From a virus (Duplodnaviria; Caudoviricetes): 47,188 bases of DNA. The position numbers were made by a program, and so were the translations under genes. The notes beneath the pieces are model-generated. The model did not search any database and was not told the origin of the DNA. It saw only the letters and a program-made list of their open reading frames with translations. The first letter of the stretch is position 1, and every line of letters starts with the position of its first letter. The stretch covers positions 1-47,188 of the IMG/VR virus record IMGVR_UViG_3300007778_000009; one strand, 5' to 3'. Of the stretch, positions 28,394-37,061 are shown in pieces.

Positions 28394-28965
28394 TACGCGG
28401 CCTCTTGCCGAAGGGCAGGCGTGGTAGCGCACGTTAAACGTGTCCCGTGTGATACGACCTGAGCATGTCGCAAAACGGCTCATGCCCTGCAAGAGAGTAT
28501 CAGGGTTCACGGGTCGCTTTTTTAGTGTCAGTGTGTATACTTCTGTCGAAAATGAGACGTGTCACAGGCAAATGGCCGTGTATCACGGGCAAGGATGTCC
28601 TTTGGACATGAATCCGTGTCCTCTAGGACATGCTTTGGACACGCTTTTTTTCAACCATGTCCGCCGCTATCCCGCGTGGTTACTGGGTTTGCGGCATCAG
28701 CGGACGCGCAGGACGTACTTTTTGCTCGCATACTTCTATATATCACAACTTTTTATAGAGTAAGCAGCCCTATGGCAAACTTGAAAAAGTGTGTCCTCCA
28801 CGTCCTCTGGGTCCTGTCGCCTTTGTACCATATCGTTGTAAATCAGTGACTTACGGACGATAGGCGAGGCGCGGATGGGGACATGGTTGAGGCTTTAGCG
28901 GACATGGATTGGACGTCAGAGGACATGCTTTGTGTGTCCCTTGCCGTAAGTTGTTGATGCATAAG
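28394..28965. other. Repeat-rich non-coding region, putative replication origin
   Basis: About 15 GGACRY/RYGTCC hexamers in both orientations, GTGTCAC/GTGATAC motifs, an AT-rich core and two IHF-like sites. Confidence 0.55.
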
Positions 28966-29073
28966 GGAAAGCATCAAAGTACAACCATGTCTCCATTAGT
29001 AGGTGCTAATGCACGAATAGTACATTTCCGACATAGGCACCCGCGCGATACCCTCAAATGGAATTTGGACACC

Positions 29074-29421
29074 ATGTACGTCTACAACCTCGCTGAAACA
29101 CGCTACTTCGCCGTCACGGGACATCACACGGCAGCGCTCGTTGGCACCTACGCCACCATGCAACTGGCTAAGGACGCCGCTCGGGTCCACGCCCTCAAGA
29201 ACCTCTATCAATGCAGCCTCAACGGCAAGACACTCCAATCCGGCAATGAGCTGATTGTCGCGCTGCACGATGACCCCGAGGGCCTGAGCCGATCACTCAC
29301 GATCATCAAGCGCGAGGTCATCGGCTACACCACCACGATTGAGTCACCCAGTGCCTATGCACGGCTCAAGCGCGTGGCAGAGTCCGGTCCGGAGATTGAC
29401 ACCGAAGAGTTGGAGTCATAA
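29074..29421 (+). CDS. Hypothetical protein
   Basis: Probable start MYVYNLAET; coding-like composition resumes here. Confidence 0.55.
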   Translation: MYVYNLAETRYFAVTGHHTAALVGTYATMQLAKDAARVHALKNLYQCSLNGKTLQSGNELIVALHDDPEGLSRSLTIIKREVIGYTTTIESPSAYARLKRVAESGPEIDTEELES

Positions 29422-29422
29422 C

Positions 29423-29439
29423 CTTAGCCACTGCCACTA
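29423..29439. promoter_or_regulatory. Degenerate operator copy 7
   Basis: CTTAGCCACTGCCACTA (right half perfect), intergenic. Confidence 0.5.
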
Positions 29440-29464
29440 AACCTATAAGCAATGGCTAAATCAC

Positions 29465-29944
29465 ATGGCACGACACAACCCCTATAAACGTGCAGCTCGC
29501 ATGAGTAAGCACCTGACGAAAGACCTCGCACTCGTGTACGCCTCGGTCCATAACGGCTGGATGGTGTACCACGAGAAGCGTCAGTGTCTGGTCAAACCCA
29601 GTGAAGAGCTGGCCTATGCGCTCAACCTTGAGCACAAATGGACCATGCACATGATCGCGATGGGTCGCATCCCGCAAACGGGTGAGATCTACTTGCGCAC
29701 ACAGGTGGTCAGTGCCACTGAACCGAGACGCCGTGAACAGTTGGCGGATGAGTACCTTGACATCCACCAAGCGCTTGAGGATTCCATCCCTGAGCACCAG
29801 TTCATTGGCCTTGGGAGCGTTGCCAGTACCAGTGGCAGAGTGTTCAGTGACGCCGAGCTCTATACCCTGATGGATCAGCTCGAAGCGTGGAGTCCTGAAC
29901 GAAATCAAACTGTGATGACACAACGTTTGGAAGCTTTCGCATGA
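29465..29944 (+). CDS. Hypothetical protein
   Basis: 159-aa ORF in a co-directional run. Confidence 0.65.
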   Translation: MARHNPYKRAARMSKHLTKDLALVYASVHNGWMVYHEKRQCLVKPSEELAYALNLEHKWTMHMIAMGRIPQTGEIYLRTQVVSATEPRRREQLADEYLDIHQALEDSIPEHQFIGLGSVASTSGRVFSDAELYTLMDQLEAWSPERNQTVMTQRLEAFA

Positions 29945-30258
29945 CACAACGCCGCAAGATAACCGCACGCCGCTACAACACCATCGCCACCCGCGATGAG
30001 GTCTTTTCAATGGATGAGAGCACCTTAGAGGAGCACCTTGAGCTGGGTCCCTTTATGATTCGCGACCGCCACAGTATACGCTGGCAGATTGAACCGCTGC
30101 CGACGCCACTCGATGACACACTGCCGCGTATCTCACGGGCACGCTTGATGCAGATGCCACAGGTGCAGATGCCCGAGCAGGCGATCATCACCGTGGGGCG
30201 CAAATCCTTAGCGACGCCCAAGTACCTCTTTAGCACCGTAGACGAGGTGGCCGCATGA
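29941..30258 (+). CDS. Hypothetical protein
   Basis: ATGA-coupled ORF. Confidence 0.6.
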   Translation: MTQRRKITARRYNTIATRDEVFSMDESTLEEHLELGPFMIRDRHSIRWQIEPLPTPLDDTLPRISRARLMQMPQVQMPEQAIITVGRKSLATPKYLFSTVDEVAA

Positions 30259-30479
30259 CAGCAACCAACGAGACCGTGGACATGGTGAACCACCCACCCC
30301 ACTACAACCAAGGGGGCATTGAGTGCATCGAGGCACTGCGCGCCGCCTTAGGTGACGCGGGGTTCGACGCCTACTGCCGTGGCAATGCGCTCAAGTACAT
30401 CTGGCGAGCACCGCACAAGGGCAAGGCCTCCGAAGACCTCAACAAAGCCGTTTGGTACCTCGATCAAATCCGTAGATAA
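30255..30479 (+). CDS. DUF3310 family protein (T7 gp1.7/SaV-like)
   Basis: DMVNHPPHY..GGIECIEA...GNALKYIWRA..KG..EDL.KA.WYL. Confidence 0.9.
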   Translation: MTATNETVDMVNHPPHYNQGGIECIEALRAALGDAGFDAYCRGNALKYIWRAPHKGKASEDLNKAVWYLDQIRR

Positions 30480-30625
30480 TGGCCACCTATCTCTGCCGCG
30501 CGTGCCGATCACCCAATGTCGTGCGCATCGGTGAGCTCGTGCGCTGCCATTTCTGTCGGCGCATCACCGTACCGATTATCAAAGAGGCCCGTTATGTACC
30601 GCTTCATGTACCACAACGAATATAA
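30479..30625 (+). CDS. Small zinc-ribbon protein, 48 aa (not in ORF track)
   Basis: TAATG overlap; MATYLCRACRSPNVVRIGELVRCHFCRR. Confidence 0.5.
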   Translation: MATYLCRACRSPNVVRIGELVRCHFCRRITVPIIKEARYVPLHVPQRI

Positions 30626-31562
30626 GACGCTCGTTGAACTCGACCTCGTGCCTAAATCGGCACAGAAAGCCTACCGCACCGCGAAACCCGCGAACAAAGC
30701 ACAGATGATGCATAAGACACTGATAGGCTTTGTCAAAGAGCACCCCCGATTCCATGAGCTGTGTGTCAAACAAGGACGCCTCGCGGTCATCAAGGCCGAG
30801 CACACCTGGCTCAATAAGCCAGCGGTGTTGCACATTGACGATGAGGTCGTAAACGACCTGCGTGAAATGGGCTGGAAGTACCTTAAAAACGCACCATCGA
30901 TTGACGCGTTGCTGCGCATCACCGACCTTGACCCGTTGATGCTGATCACGTACCAGAATGGCAAACCCAAGCCGACAAGCCTACTGATGGCAACCTACAT
31001 CTCTGGCCGCAGTACCGACGGCCAGCCTCAGCCCCTGTTCGTGGTCAACGAATCCGGTAGCGCCGCCTCGGATTACACCTGTGATGACTGGCTCCTCTAC
31101 GACCCTAAGGACACCCTCGAACAGATGAACCTGATGAGCGTGCTGTTAGAGAGTAGAACCCATCTAGGGTCGCCGCTGATTCGACAAGAAACCGCCGATG
31201 ACGTGCCGCGCCCACGACGCGAGGGCTCCTTGGCATTCAACATGGCCGCATTTCGCGTCGGGCTTGAGATTTACACCGGCAACTTCCCCGACGCAATCCG
31301 TGAGGGCTTGCCCAGCGACATCAAAGGCAAGGCACCCAAATACGAGGTGAAGCCGCGCATCCGCACCTTTACCTACAACACCGAGCACACGCCCGATGTT
31401 GGCACCGGATCAACGCATATCCGCCGACCGCATTGGCGCATACTGCAGGATGACCGTTACACGCGAAATGCCGATGGCACACCGAAGATCATTCCGATCC
31501 CTGCCATGCAGGTGACACGGGGCATCAAGCCTAAGACCGAAACGTTGGAGAAAAAACCATGA
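30594..31562 (+). CDS. Hypothetical phage protein with C-terminal HxRRxHWR motif
   Basis: Start MYRFMY (GAGG RBS); THIRRPHWR near the C-terminus. Confidence 0.65.
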   Translation: MYRFMYHNEYKTLVELDLVPKSAQKAYRTAKPANKAQMMHKTLIGFVKEHPRFHELCVKQGRLAVIKAEHTWLNKPAVLHIDDEVVNDLREMGWKYLKNAPSIDALLRITDLDPLMLITYQNGKPKPTSLLMATYISGRSTDGQPQPLFVVNESGSAASDYTCDDWLLYDPKDTLEQMNLMSVLLESRTHLGSPLIRQETADDVPRPRREGSLAFNMAAFRVGLEIYTGNFPDAIREGLPSDIKGKAPKYEVKPRIRTFTYNTEHTPDVGTGSTHIRRPHWRILQDDRYTRNADGTPKIIPIPAMQVTRGIKPKTETLEKKP

Positions 31563-31675
31563 CCAAAGCCCAAGAGATCGACTACGCGTGGAAATATTGG
31601 AAACGCTTTCGCGCCGCGCAGAACTACCGAGAAGCGGACCATTGGCTCAGCTATCTCTTTAACACCCAAACCTAG
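31559..31675 (+). CDS. Small aromatic-rich protein, 38 aa (not in ORF track)
   Basis: GGAG RBS, ATGA overlap; MTKAQEIDYAWKYWKRFRAAQNYREADHWLSYLFNTQT. Confidence 0.5.
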   Translation: MTKAQEIDYAWKYWKRFRAAQNYREADHWLSYLFNTQT

Positions 31676-31688
31676 CGAGGCAAACACC

Positions 31689-31979
31689 ATGACACCTAAG
31701 TTTAACCTCGGTCACGTCGTAATGACCCACGGCCTCGACGAGACGCTGCGCGAGCACGACCTCGACCGCCAGTTATTCGGACTCGCCCTCCTCGCCCGTC
31801 ACAGTCAAGGTGACTGGGGCGATCTGTGCGATGAGGACATCGAACTCAACAACCAAGCGCTCAAAGACGGCGCGCGCCTATTCTCCGTCTACGAGATCGA
31901 ACCCGAAGGCTTTAAAGTCTGGGTCATCACCGAATGGGACCGCAGCGCAACCACACTGCTGCTACCTGGGGAGTATTAA
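31689..31979 (+). CDS. Conserved plasmid/phage mobile-element protein of unknown function
   Basis: FxLG.VV.T.G...LARH..GDWG.L...D...N..AL..G.RL.S.Y...WVITEWDRS.TT.LLP.EY. Confidence 0.75.
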   Translation: MTPKFNLGHVVMTHGLDETLREHDLDRQLFGLALLARHSQGDWGDLCDEDIELNNQALKDGARLFSVYEIEPEGFKVWVITEWDRSATTLLLPGEY

Positions 31980-31980
31980 C

Positions 31981-32184
31981 ATGCCTATTTACGCTGTCTC
32001 AGAGCTGTATAACACCGCACTTCTCTACCACGTCGAAGCACCGGATGAAGCCACCGCCTTGAAGACCTACAAAGAGAAAGGGGTCTACATCAAAGCCTAC
32101 GAAGGTGACACGGAGAGCGTCGATGTCGTGGACGATGTGACCCACGCGTATGACGGTATCTGGAACCCTGACCTGTACCGCTAG
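31981..32184 (+). CDS. Hypothetical protein
   Basis: MPIYAVSE start, GGAG RBS; YHVEAPDEATA motif. Confidence 0.6.
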   Translation: MPIYAVSELYNTALLYHVEAPDEATALKTYKEKGVYIKAYEGDTESVDVVDDVTHAYDGIWNPDLYR

Positions 32185-32202
32185 TGTTTTTTTAAGGTAA
32201 AG

Positions 32203-32219
32203 TAGTGGCAATGACACTA
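32203..32219. promoter_or_regulatory. 17-bp palindromic operator-like site, copy 8
   Basis: TAGTGGCAATGACACTA directly after a TAAAGT -10-like hexamer. Confidence 0.8.
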
Positions 32220-32231
32220 GGAAGATTGCCA

Positions 32232-32486
32232 ATGGCTTATTACCGCACCCCACCCCGCCACAACGAGATACCGCTTATGGAACCCATCGGACTATTCGCC
32301 ACGCCGAAAACGCAAGACGAGCTGCAAGCCATGCTCGATTGCTACACCGGCGAACAACGCGTCATTGCCTACATCGCAATGGGCATTACGTGGAACTACC
32401 TCGCCCAAGAGATCAACAAGGGCATCGTCAAAACCAACCAAGGAGAAAGCCATGACCTTTCTAGCCATGATGAAACAAGTCGCTAA
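32232..32486 (+). CDS. Hypothetical protein
   Basis: MAYYRTPP start. Confidence 0.55.
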   Translation: MAYYRTPPRHNEIPLMEPIGLFATPKTQDELQAMLDCYTGEQRVIAYIAMGITWNYLAQEINKGIVKTNQGESHDLSSHDETSR

Positions 32487-32850
32487 AGAGACGCAAGATA
32501 TGCCGCTCTACGAGGAGTACGCACCGCTTAAAAAGGGCATGTACGACCTGACCATTGAGCGTGTGAAATTCGGCCCCACGCGTAACGGCGACGGGCAACT
32601 GATCACCTTAGGGCTCACAAGCCCCAGCGGTCGCTACGTCTGGGAACACCTCAACGTCGAGAACCCCAACCCTCGGGCCGTTGAAATCTCACGTCGCAAG
32701 TTGGTGCAACTGCTACATGAATGCGGCATCACCGCTGAACAGTTTGGAAAGGACATGAACGCCATCGTCGGGTCTACCGTGCGCGCGTTCGTCTCGGTCA
32801 ACGACCAGAACCAGAACCGCATCAGCTTCTTTGGTGATCGCCCCGCATGA
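32452..32850 (+). CDS. DUF669-like putative ssDNA-binding protein
   Basis: PL..G.Y...I......T.NG.G..I.L....GR.VWEHLN..NPNP.AVEISRR.L; AAGGAG RBS. Confidence 0.7.
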   Translation: MTFLAMMKQVAKETQDMPLYEEYAPLKKGMYDLTIERVKFGPTRNGDGQLITLGLTSPSGRYVWEHLNVENPNPRAVEISRRKLVQLLHECGITAEQFGKDMNAIVGSTVRAFVSVNDQNQNRISFFGDRPA

Positions 32851-32972
32851 TCATCCGCTCGCTGATCCTAAGCGCAATCTTCTTCCTCTCCGCCACGGAC
32901 TGGGAGTACTTCTACGCGCCCTTAGATCAGTACCGAAACACCATGCCCACGGAGCAGCACCGCACCGACTAG
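32847..32972 (+). CDS. Small membrane/secreted peptide, 41 aa (not in ORF track)
   Basis: ATGA overlap; MIIRSLILSAIFFLSATDWEYFY. Confidence 0.45.
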   Translation: MIIRSLILSAIFFLSATDWEYFYAPLDQYRNTMPTEQHRTD

Positions 32973-32993
32973 CACTGTGGGCGAGGAGGAAGT

Positions 32994-35132
32994 ATGTACC
33001 TCAACCCACAAAACAAAGTCTCCGTATTCACCGTCACAAACCACACCAGACACCATCTGCATTACAGCTGCTACAGCCGTGTTCGCGACCTTGCGACACC
33101 GCACACCAGCGACTATGGCCACCGCCGCTATGTCCACGCGCTGTGCCGCGAGCCCGTTGACACCCGCTCAGTCACTCAACTGATGCCGTTGGATAACGCC
33201 ATCCCGCTGGAGCGCGCCCCTGAACTCGACCCGAACAGCGCGCGCGCCGTCTGGATCAGTAAACCGGCCTATCCACACCTGCATTTTTATGTCCTGTCAG
33301 AGACCGGCGCGACCCTACTCAATTCCGGTCGAGAGCCCTCAAACGTCGATCGCGACGCGTTCGACTCAGATACCTGGGAGTACATCGGGCATCTACCGCC
33401 CGACGCTTACACCTTTCTCACTCAACATAACTGGAGCCCTCCTATGGACGCACTTGAAGAACAGCTGTGGACCGCTGAAGCCACGCGCGGCCCCCGTGTC
33501 ACCGTGACCCGTCACGACCTGAAGGTTGATACGCTCGATGTAACCACCGTGACCTACGACCAGATCAAAGCCCTTGAACCCACCACGCTTGAATACATCG
33601 AAGGGCGCTCGGGCGTCAACATCCGTGGGATCGACGAACCCAGCCCGCTACAGTGGGTATCCATTCGCCTCGCCCTACTCGCCGCGCAACACACACTGCA
33701 CGAGCGCTTGGACTTTACTGAGATCGCCCTACCCAGCGTGGACACGGCCTACACGACCTGCTCGCACGTGACGATCTACAACCTTGAGTCACCCGCCATC
33801 GGCGTACACTACAGCCCCCTCGACGGGCGCTTGATCAAGTACTACGCAAGCTGGGATCACTTCTTCAAAGGCCGTATCTCAATGGCAAAAGCGGGCAAGG
33901 TCATCGCCAAGTTTGCCGAGCGCCTAGGCAAGAACGAGCGCTGGGTTAAAACCGCAACCAACCAGCTCTATGCCAGCATCTTACCGACCGAGTGTGAGCT
34001 GCTTGCAGACACAGACGCCATTGTCGAGGCCTACCTTGAAGGGCCAAGCTCGTGCGTCGCCAAACGCCACGATGCGTTCCACCTCTTACAGGAGGAGCCC
34101 GACCTGCACCCTGCCCAAGTCTACGGCGGTGACTCCGATGTGCGCCTTGCCGTCGCGCGCAAAGACAATCAGGTGATCGCCCGCACACTGGTCAACACGC
34201 GCAACAACCGCTACCCGCGCATCTACTGCAAAGAGGGGTATGACAACGTGCTGCAGGACTTAAAAGCGTGGCTCGCTGATCAGGGGTATGAGTACCACGA
34301 GTACGCGATGTGTGGGGCGCGCCTTAACTACATCCTCACCGATGAGGATCATCTGGTGCTGCCCTACATCGATAACGGCAACCCCGCCTCACTCATTATC
34401 CCTGAGCAGGAGCTGATCGTCGTCGGCGCACACCTAAGCGACTTTGAGACGCACGGCTACTGGGAGGACCCGCTGATCAACGAGGCGTATGCCGTCGATA
34501 GCGCCATGTTCATCCAAGCTGCCTCGCACGACCAAGGCGGCATCAACGAGCGGTACTTATACAGTGACCACCGCGTTGAGATCCACCGCTCAGATTACTC
34601 TGGCAACTTGTTCCTGGGCAGCGCCGTCGAAGTCCTTGACGATATGAACCAACTGATCGAGGTCAGTGAGTACGAGGCGCAGGACCACTTCACGCTGGGC
34701 AGTATGTTTGTCTGGGATGAACGTGAGGAGCGCTTTGAGTACGTGCGCTACGTCAGTGAGCGCACCACCCCCACGCACCGTGTCAACGGCGCATTGATGA
34801 ATCACTCGCCGCGCCTGCGCGGTGAGGGTCACGCACGCAACGAGACCTTTGACTTCATCGCGACCGATGAGCAGATCGAACGCCTCAACGGTGTCCGCAC
34901 CCACGACGGGCTATGGGCACGGGAGAGCGATACCGTCCTGCTTGACGGCACACGCTACTTCAAACGCGAGATTATGATCCTAACCGGCCCCGATGGACGT
35001 CGCGAGTACCTGATCGCGCCGCATGGCACACAGATCAGCTACGCCGACGGCATGGAACTCGCGGAACTGGATCGCCAGATCACACGCTACAACCCAATCA
35101 CTAAGGAGGCCTCCCATGACGAAGCCGCATAG
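32994..35132 (+). CDS. Large hypothetical protein coupled to the peptidase gene
   Basis: GAGGAGG RBS; central Y..GPSSC...HP..VY....LAV....ART.V....Y.RIY...PYID motif block. Confidence 0.75.
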   Translation: MYLNPQNKVSVFTVTNHTRHHLHYSCYSRVRDLATPHTSDYGHRRYVHALCREPVDTRSVTQLMPLDNAIPLERAPELDPNSARAVWISKPAYPHLHFYVLSETGATLLNSGREPSNVDRDAFDSDTWEYIGHLPPDAYTFLTQHNWSPPMDALEEQLWTAEATRGPRVTVTRHDLKVDTLDVTTVTYDQIKALEPTTLEYIEGRSGVNIRGIDEPSPLQWVSIRLALLAAQHTLHERLDFTEIALPSVDTAYTTCSHVTIYNLESPAIGVHYSPLDGRLIKYYASWDHFFKGRISMAKAGKVIAKFAERLGKNERWVKTATNQLYASILPTECELLADTDAIVEAYLEGPSSCVAKRHDAFHLLQEEPDLHPAQVYGGDSDVRLAVARKDNQVIARTLVNTRNNRYPRIYCKEGYDNVLQDLKAWLADQGYEYHEYAMCGARLNYILTDEDHLVLPYIDNGNPASLIIPEQELIVVGAHLSDFETHGYWEDPLINEAYAVDSAMFIQAASHDQGGINERYLYSDHRVEIHRSDYSGNLFLGSAVEVLDDMNQLIEVSEYEAQDHFTLGSMFVWDEREERFEYVRYVSERTTPTHRVNGALMNHSPRLRGEGHARNETFDFIATDEQIERLNGVRTHDGLWARESDTVLLDGTRYFKREIMILTGPDGRREYLIAPHGTQISYADGMELAELDRQITRYNPITKEASHDEAA

Positions 35133-36387
35133 CAGTTTCTACACTGCCAAAAAGAACCCACCGGTTCAGTACACCAAGAGCTACAGCAAAACCTACGGCA
35201 CCGCATGGAACGCCGCCGCCAACAAGGAGCCTAAGTACACCAGTGATATCCGCATCAACCACGGCAAAATCACCCCGCTGACCGAGAAAGGCAAAGGCGT
35301 TGAGCTTTCCACCGAAGCGCTCGACTTGGCACAGAACATCCTCTGTCGGACACGTCCGTCTAAAGATGTCCGCACGCACGCCTTCGTCAAAGAGTACATC
35401 GTCCCTGCCGTGGAACAGAGTAAGCACGTGGCCTACACGCGCACCGATGCCTATGGCAACTTTGAGGTCGTCATTAAACACGACAAAGCGTTCCCCACAA
35501 CCATGTTCACCGCGCACGTAGACACCGTGCTACCTGCCACGGACAAAGCACGCTACCAAGAGGTGATGTACGACGCCACCGCGCAGATGTTCTTCAAAAC
35601 CGATGGGCGCTGTCTGGGGGCCGATGACGGCACCGGCATTGCCCTGATGCTGCACATGATTAAATCCGGGACCCCCGGCCTCTATGTCTTCTTTCACGAT
35701 GAAGAGTGCGGACGAATCGGCTCCAGTGCATATATGGCAGAGGTTAAATCGCACAAGAAACATGCCATACACCACGTTACTAAATGTGTCTCGTTTGACC
35801 GCAAAGGCGATACCGACATTATCACCATGCAGTCAGGGCGCACCTGTGCATCCGATGCCTTTGCCAGCGCCTTGAGCACGCAGCTCCACGACGTCAGCGA
35901 GCTGAAATACACCGCCTCGCCCAATGGCAGCTACACCGACTCCTACACCTTCATCGATATGATCCCTGAATGTACCAACCTCTCCGTGGGCTACAAGTAC
36001 CAACACGGCCCCTCTGAGGAGCAGCACATTCCCACCTTCGATGCGATGATCAAAGCATTGCCCTTCATCGACTGGGAGAAACTGCCTGCCGAGCGTGACC
36101 CAAAAAAGCCCGAACCCAAAGCCTCCTTTGGCGGGTACGGCGGTTATGCCTACGATCTGGGCGCACGCTCCGACGACTTGTATGAGTACGACTACATCGA
36201 TGAGTACTGTGAGCTCGTCCCCTTAGAGGACATGGAGGCCTTCGCCAGTTACGACGTCAAAGTCGATGACATGAGCGCCTTCATCACGCTCTACCCCAAC
36301 TTAGTTGCCCGTGTTCTGGTCGAAATGGGCCATGACATTGACGATCTTGAGGACGCCGTTCGCGCCCTTTTTCCTAAAATCAAATGA
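35116..36387 (+). CDS. Zn-dependent exopeptidase (M28/M20 fold)
   Basis: AHVDTV, LGADDGTG, DEECGRIGS, SFDRKG, GSYTDS, NLSVGY..QH..SE; AAGGAGG RBS. Confidence 0.88.
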   Translation: MTKPHSSFYTAKKNPPVQYTKSYSKTYGTAWNAAANKEPKYTSDIRINHGKITPLTEKGKGVELSTEALDLAQNILCRTRPSKDVRTHAFVKEYIVPAVEQSKHVAYTRTDAYGNFEVVIKHDKAFPTTMFTAHVDTVLPATDKARYQEVMYDATAQMFFKTDGRCLGADDGTGIALMLHMIKSGTPGLYVFFHDEECGRIGSSAYMAEVKSHKKHAIHHVTKCVSFDRKGDTDIITMQSGRTCASDAFASALSTQLHDVSELKYTASPNGSYTDSYTFIDMIPECTNLSVGYKYQHGPSEEQHIPTFDAMIKALPFIDWEKLPAERDPKKPEPKASFGGYGGYAYDLGARSDDLYEYDYIDEYCELVPLEDMEAFASYDVKVDDMSAFITLYPNLVARVLVEMGHDIDDLEDAVRALFPKIK

Positions 36388-36397
36388 GGATAGCCTT

Positions 36398-36703
36398 ATG
36401 CCTACGCCACTGACTGCACCCCACACGTTCAACATTACCGTTGAAACCAAAGAAGAACTGCTGGGCCTGATCCTGCGTTTCAATCTCGATAACCACAACC
36501 TTGCCCACTGGTACCACGACGTCAGAGGGAAAACCCAGCGCGTCGTGCCTGACACCCGCTTTGGCGAGATGTATAGCGCCTTGAAAGCCGTCGCGGATCG
36601 CGAGGGTATTAACTGGGATGACCCGAGCACCGTCGAAGGTCGCACCGCCACCGAGCCCACGCAACGCGAAGCGGTCGAGATCGATATCACACCGGATGGG
36701 TAG
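36398..36703 (+). CDS. Hypothetical protein
   Basis: MPTPLTAP start, GAGGA RBS. Confidence 0.6.
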   Translation: MPTPLTAPHTFNITVETKEELLGLILRFNLDNHNLAHWYHDVRGKTQRVVPDTRFGEMYSALKAVADREGINWDDPSTVEGRTATEPTQREAVEIDITPDG

Positions 36704-36718
36704 AGGTCGGGACTTTTT

Positions 36719-36760
36719 TAGTAGCAATGCCATTGCTTCCTGTGGCAATGGTGCTATATT
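36719..36760 (+). promoter_or_regulatory. Sigma70-like promoter with tandem operator copies 9 and 10
   Basis: TAGTAGCAATGCCATTG (36719-36735) and CTGTGGCAATGGTGCTA (36740-36756) overlap TTGCTT-16 bp-TATATT (TGn extended -10). Confidence 0.7.
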
Positions 36761-36766
36761 GAAATT

Positions 36767-36838
36767 GTCTTAGCATCAGGGGACCGGCGACGGCCCCTCT
36801 CCGTGATCTGCACACACGCAGGTCACGGCTTTTTTTTC
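36767..36838 (+). ncRNA. Putative ~70-nt leader/small RNA ending in an intrinsic terminator
   Basis: Hairpin AGGGGACCG-GCGA-CGGCCCCT, then CCGTGATCTGC-ACACAC-GCAGGTCACGG-CTTTTTTTT. Confidence 0.55.
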
Positions 36839-36866
36839 GCTCAAAATTATAAACAGGAACATAGCA

Positions 36867-37061
36867 ATGTCCGACTGCGAAACCTGCGAACGTCTCAAAG
36901 AGATGTATCGGCGCGAAGTTGAAAACGCCATGCGTATTCGAAACCAACTTGAGCAGCTACACGCCAAGTACATCGACACCATTGAGCTGTACGTCAGCAC
37001 CGCCCAAGAACTCGCAGAACTGCAGGCAGACACCTATGCGCGCAACGAAAAGGTTATTTGA
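36867..37061 (+). CDS. Small coiled-coil protein with N-terminal CxxC
   Basis: MSDCETCERLKEMYRRE; AGGA RBS. Confidence 0.6.
   Translation: MSDCETCERLKEMYRREVENAMRIRNQLEQLHAKYIDTIELYVSTAQELAELQADTYARNEKVI

Noticed and set aside
28440-28849. ORFs of 107 and 96 aa in the origin-like region
   Set aside because: No RBS, atypical composition, and the sequence is dominated by short repeats.
29444-29460. Additional operator copy TATAAGCAATGGCTAAA
   Set aside because: Too many mismatches to count without a PWM score.
31689-31979. Type I restriction subunit label sometimes attached to similar small proteins
   Set aside because: Only 96 aa with no methyltransferase motifs.
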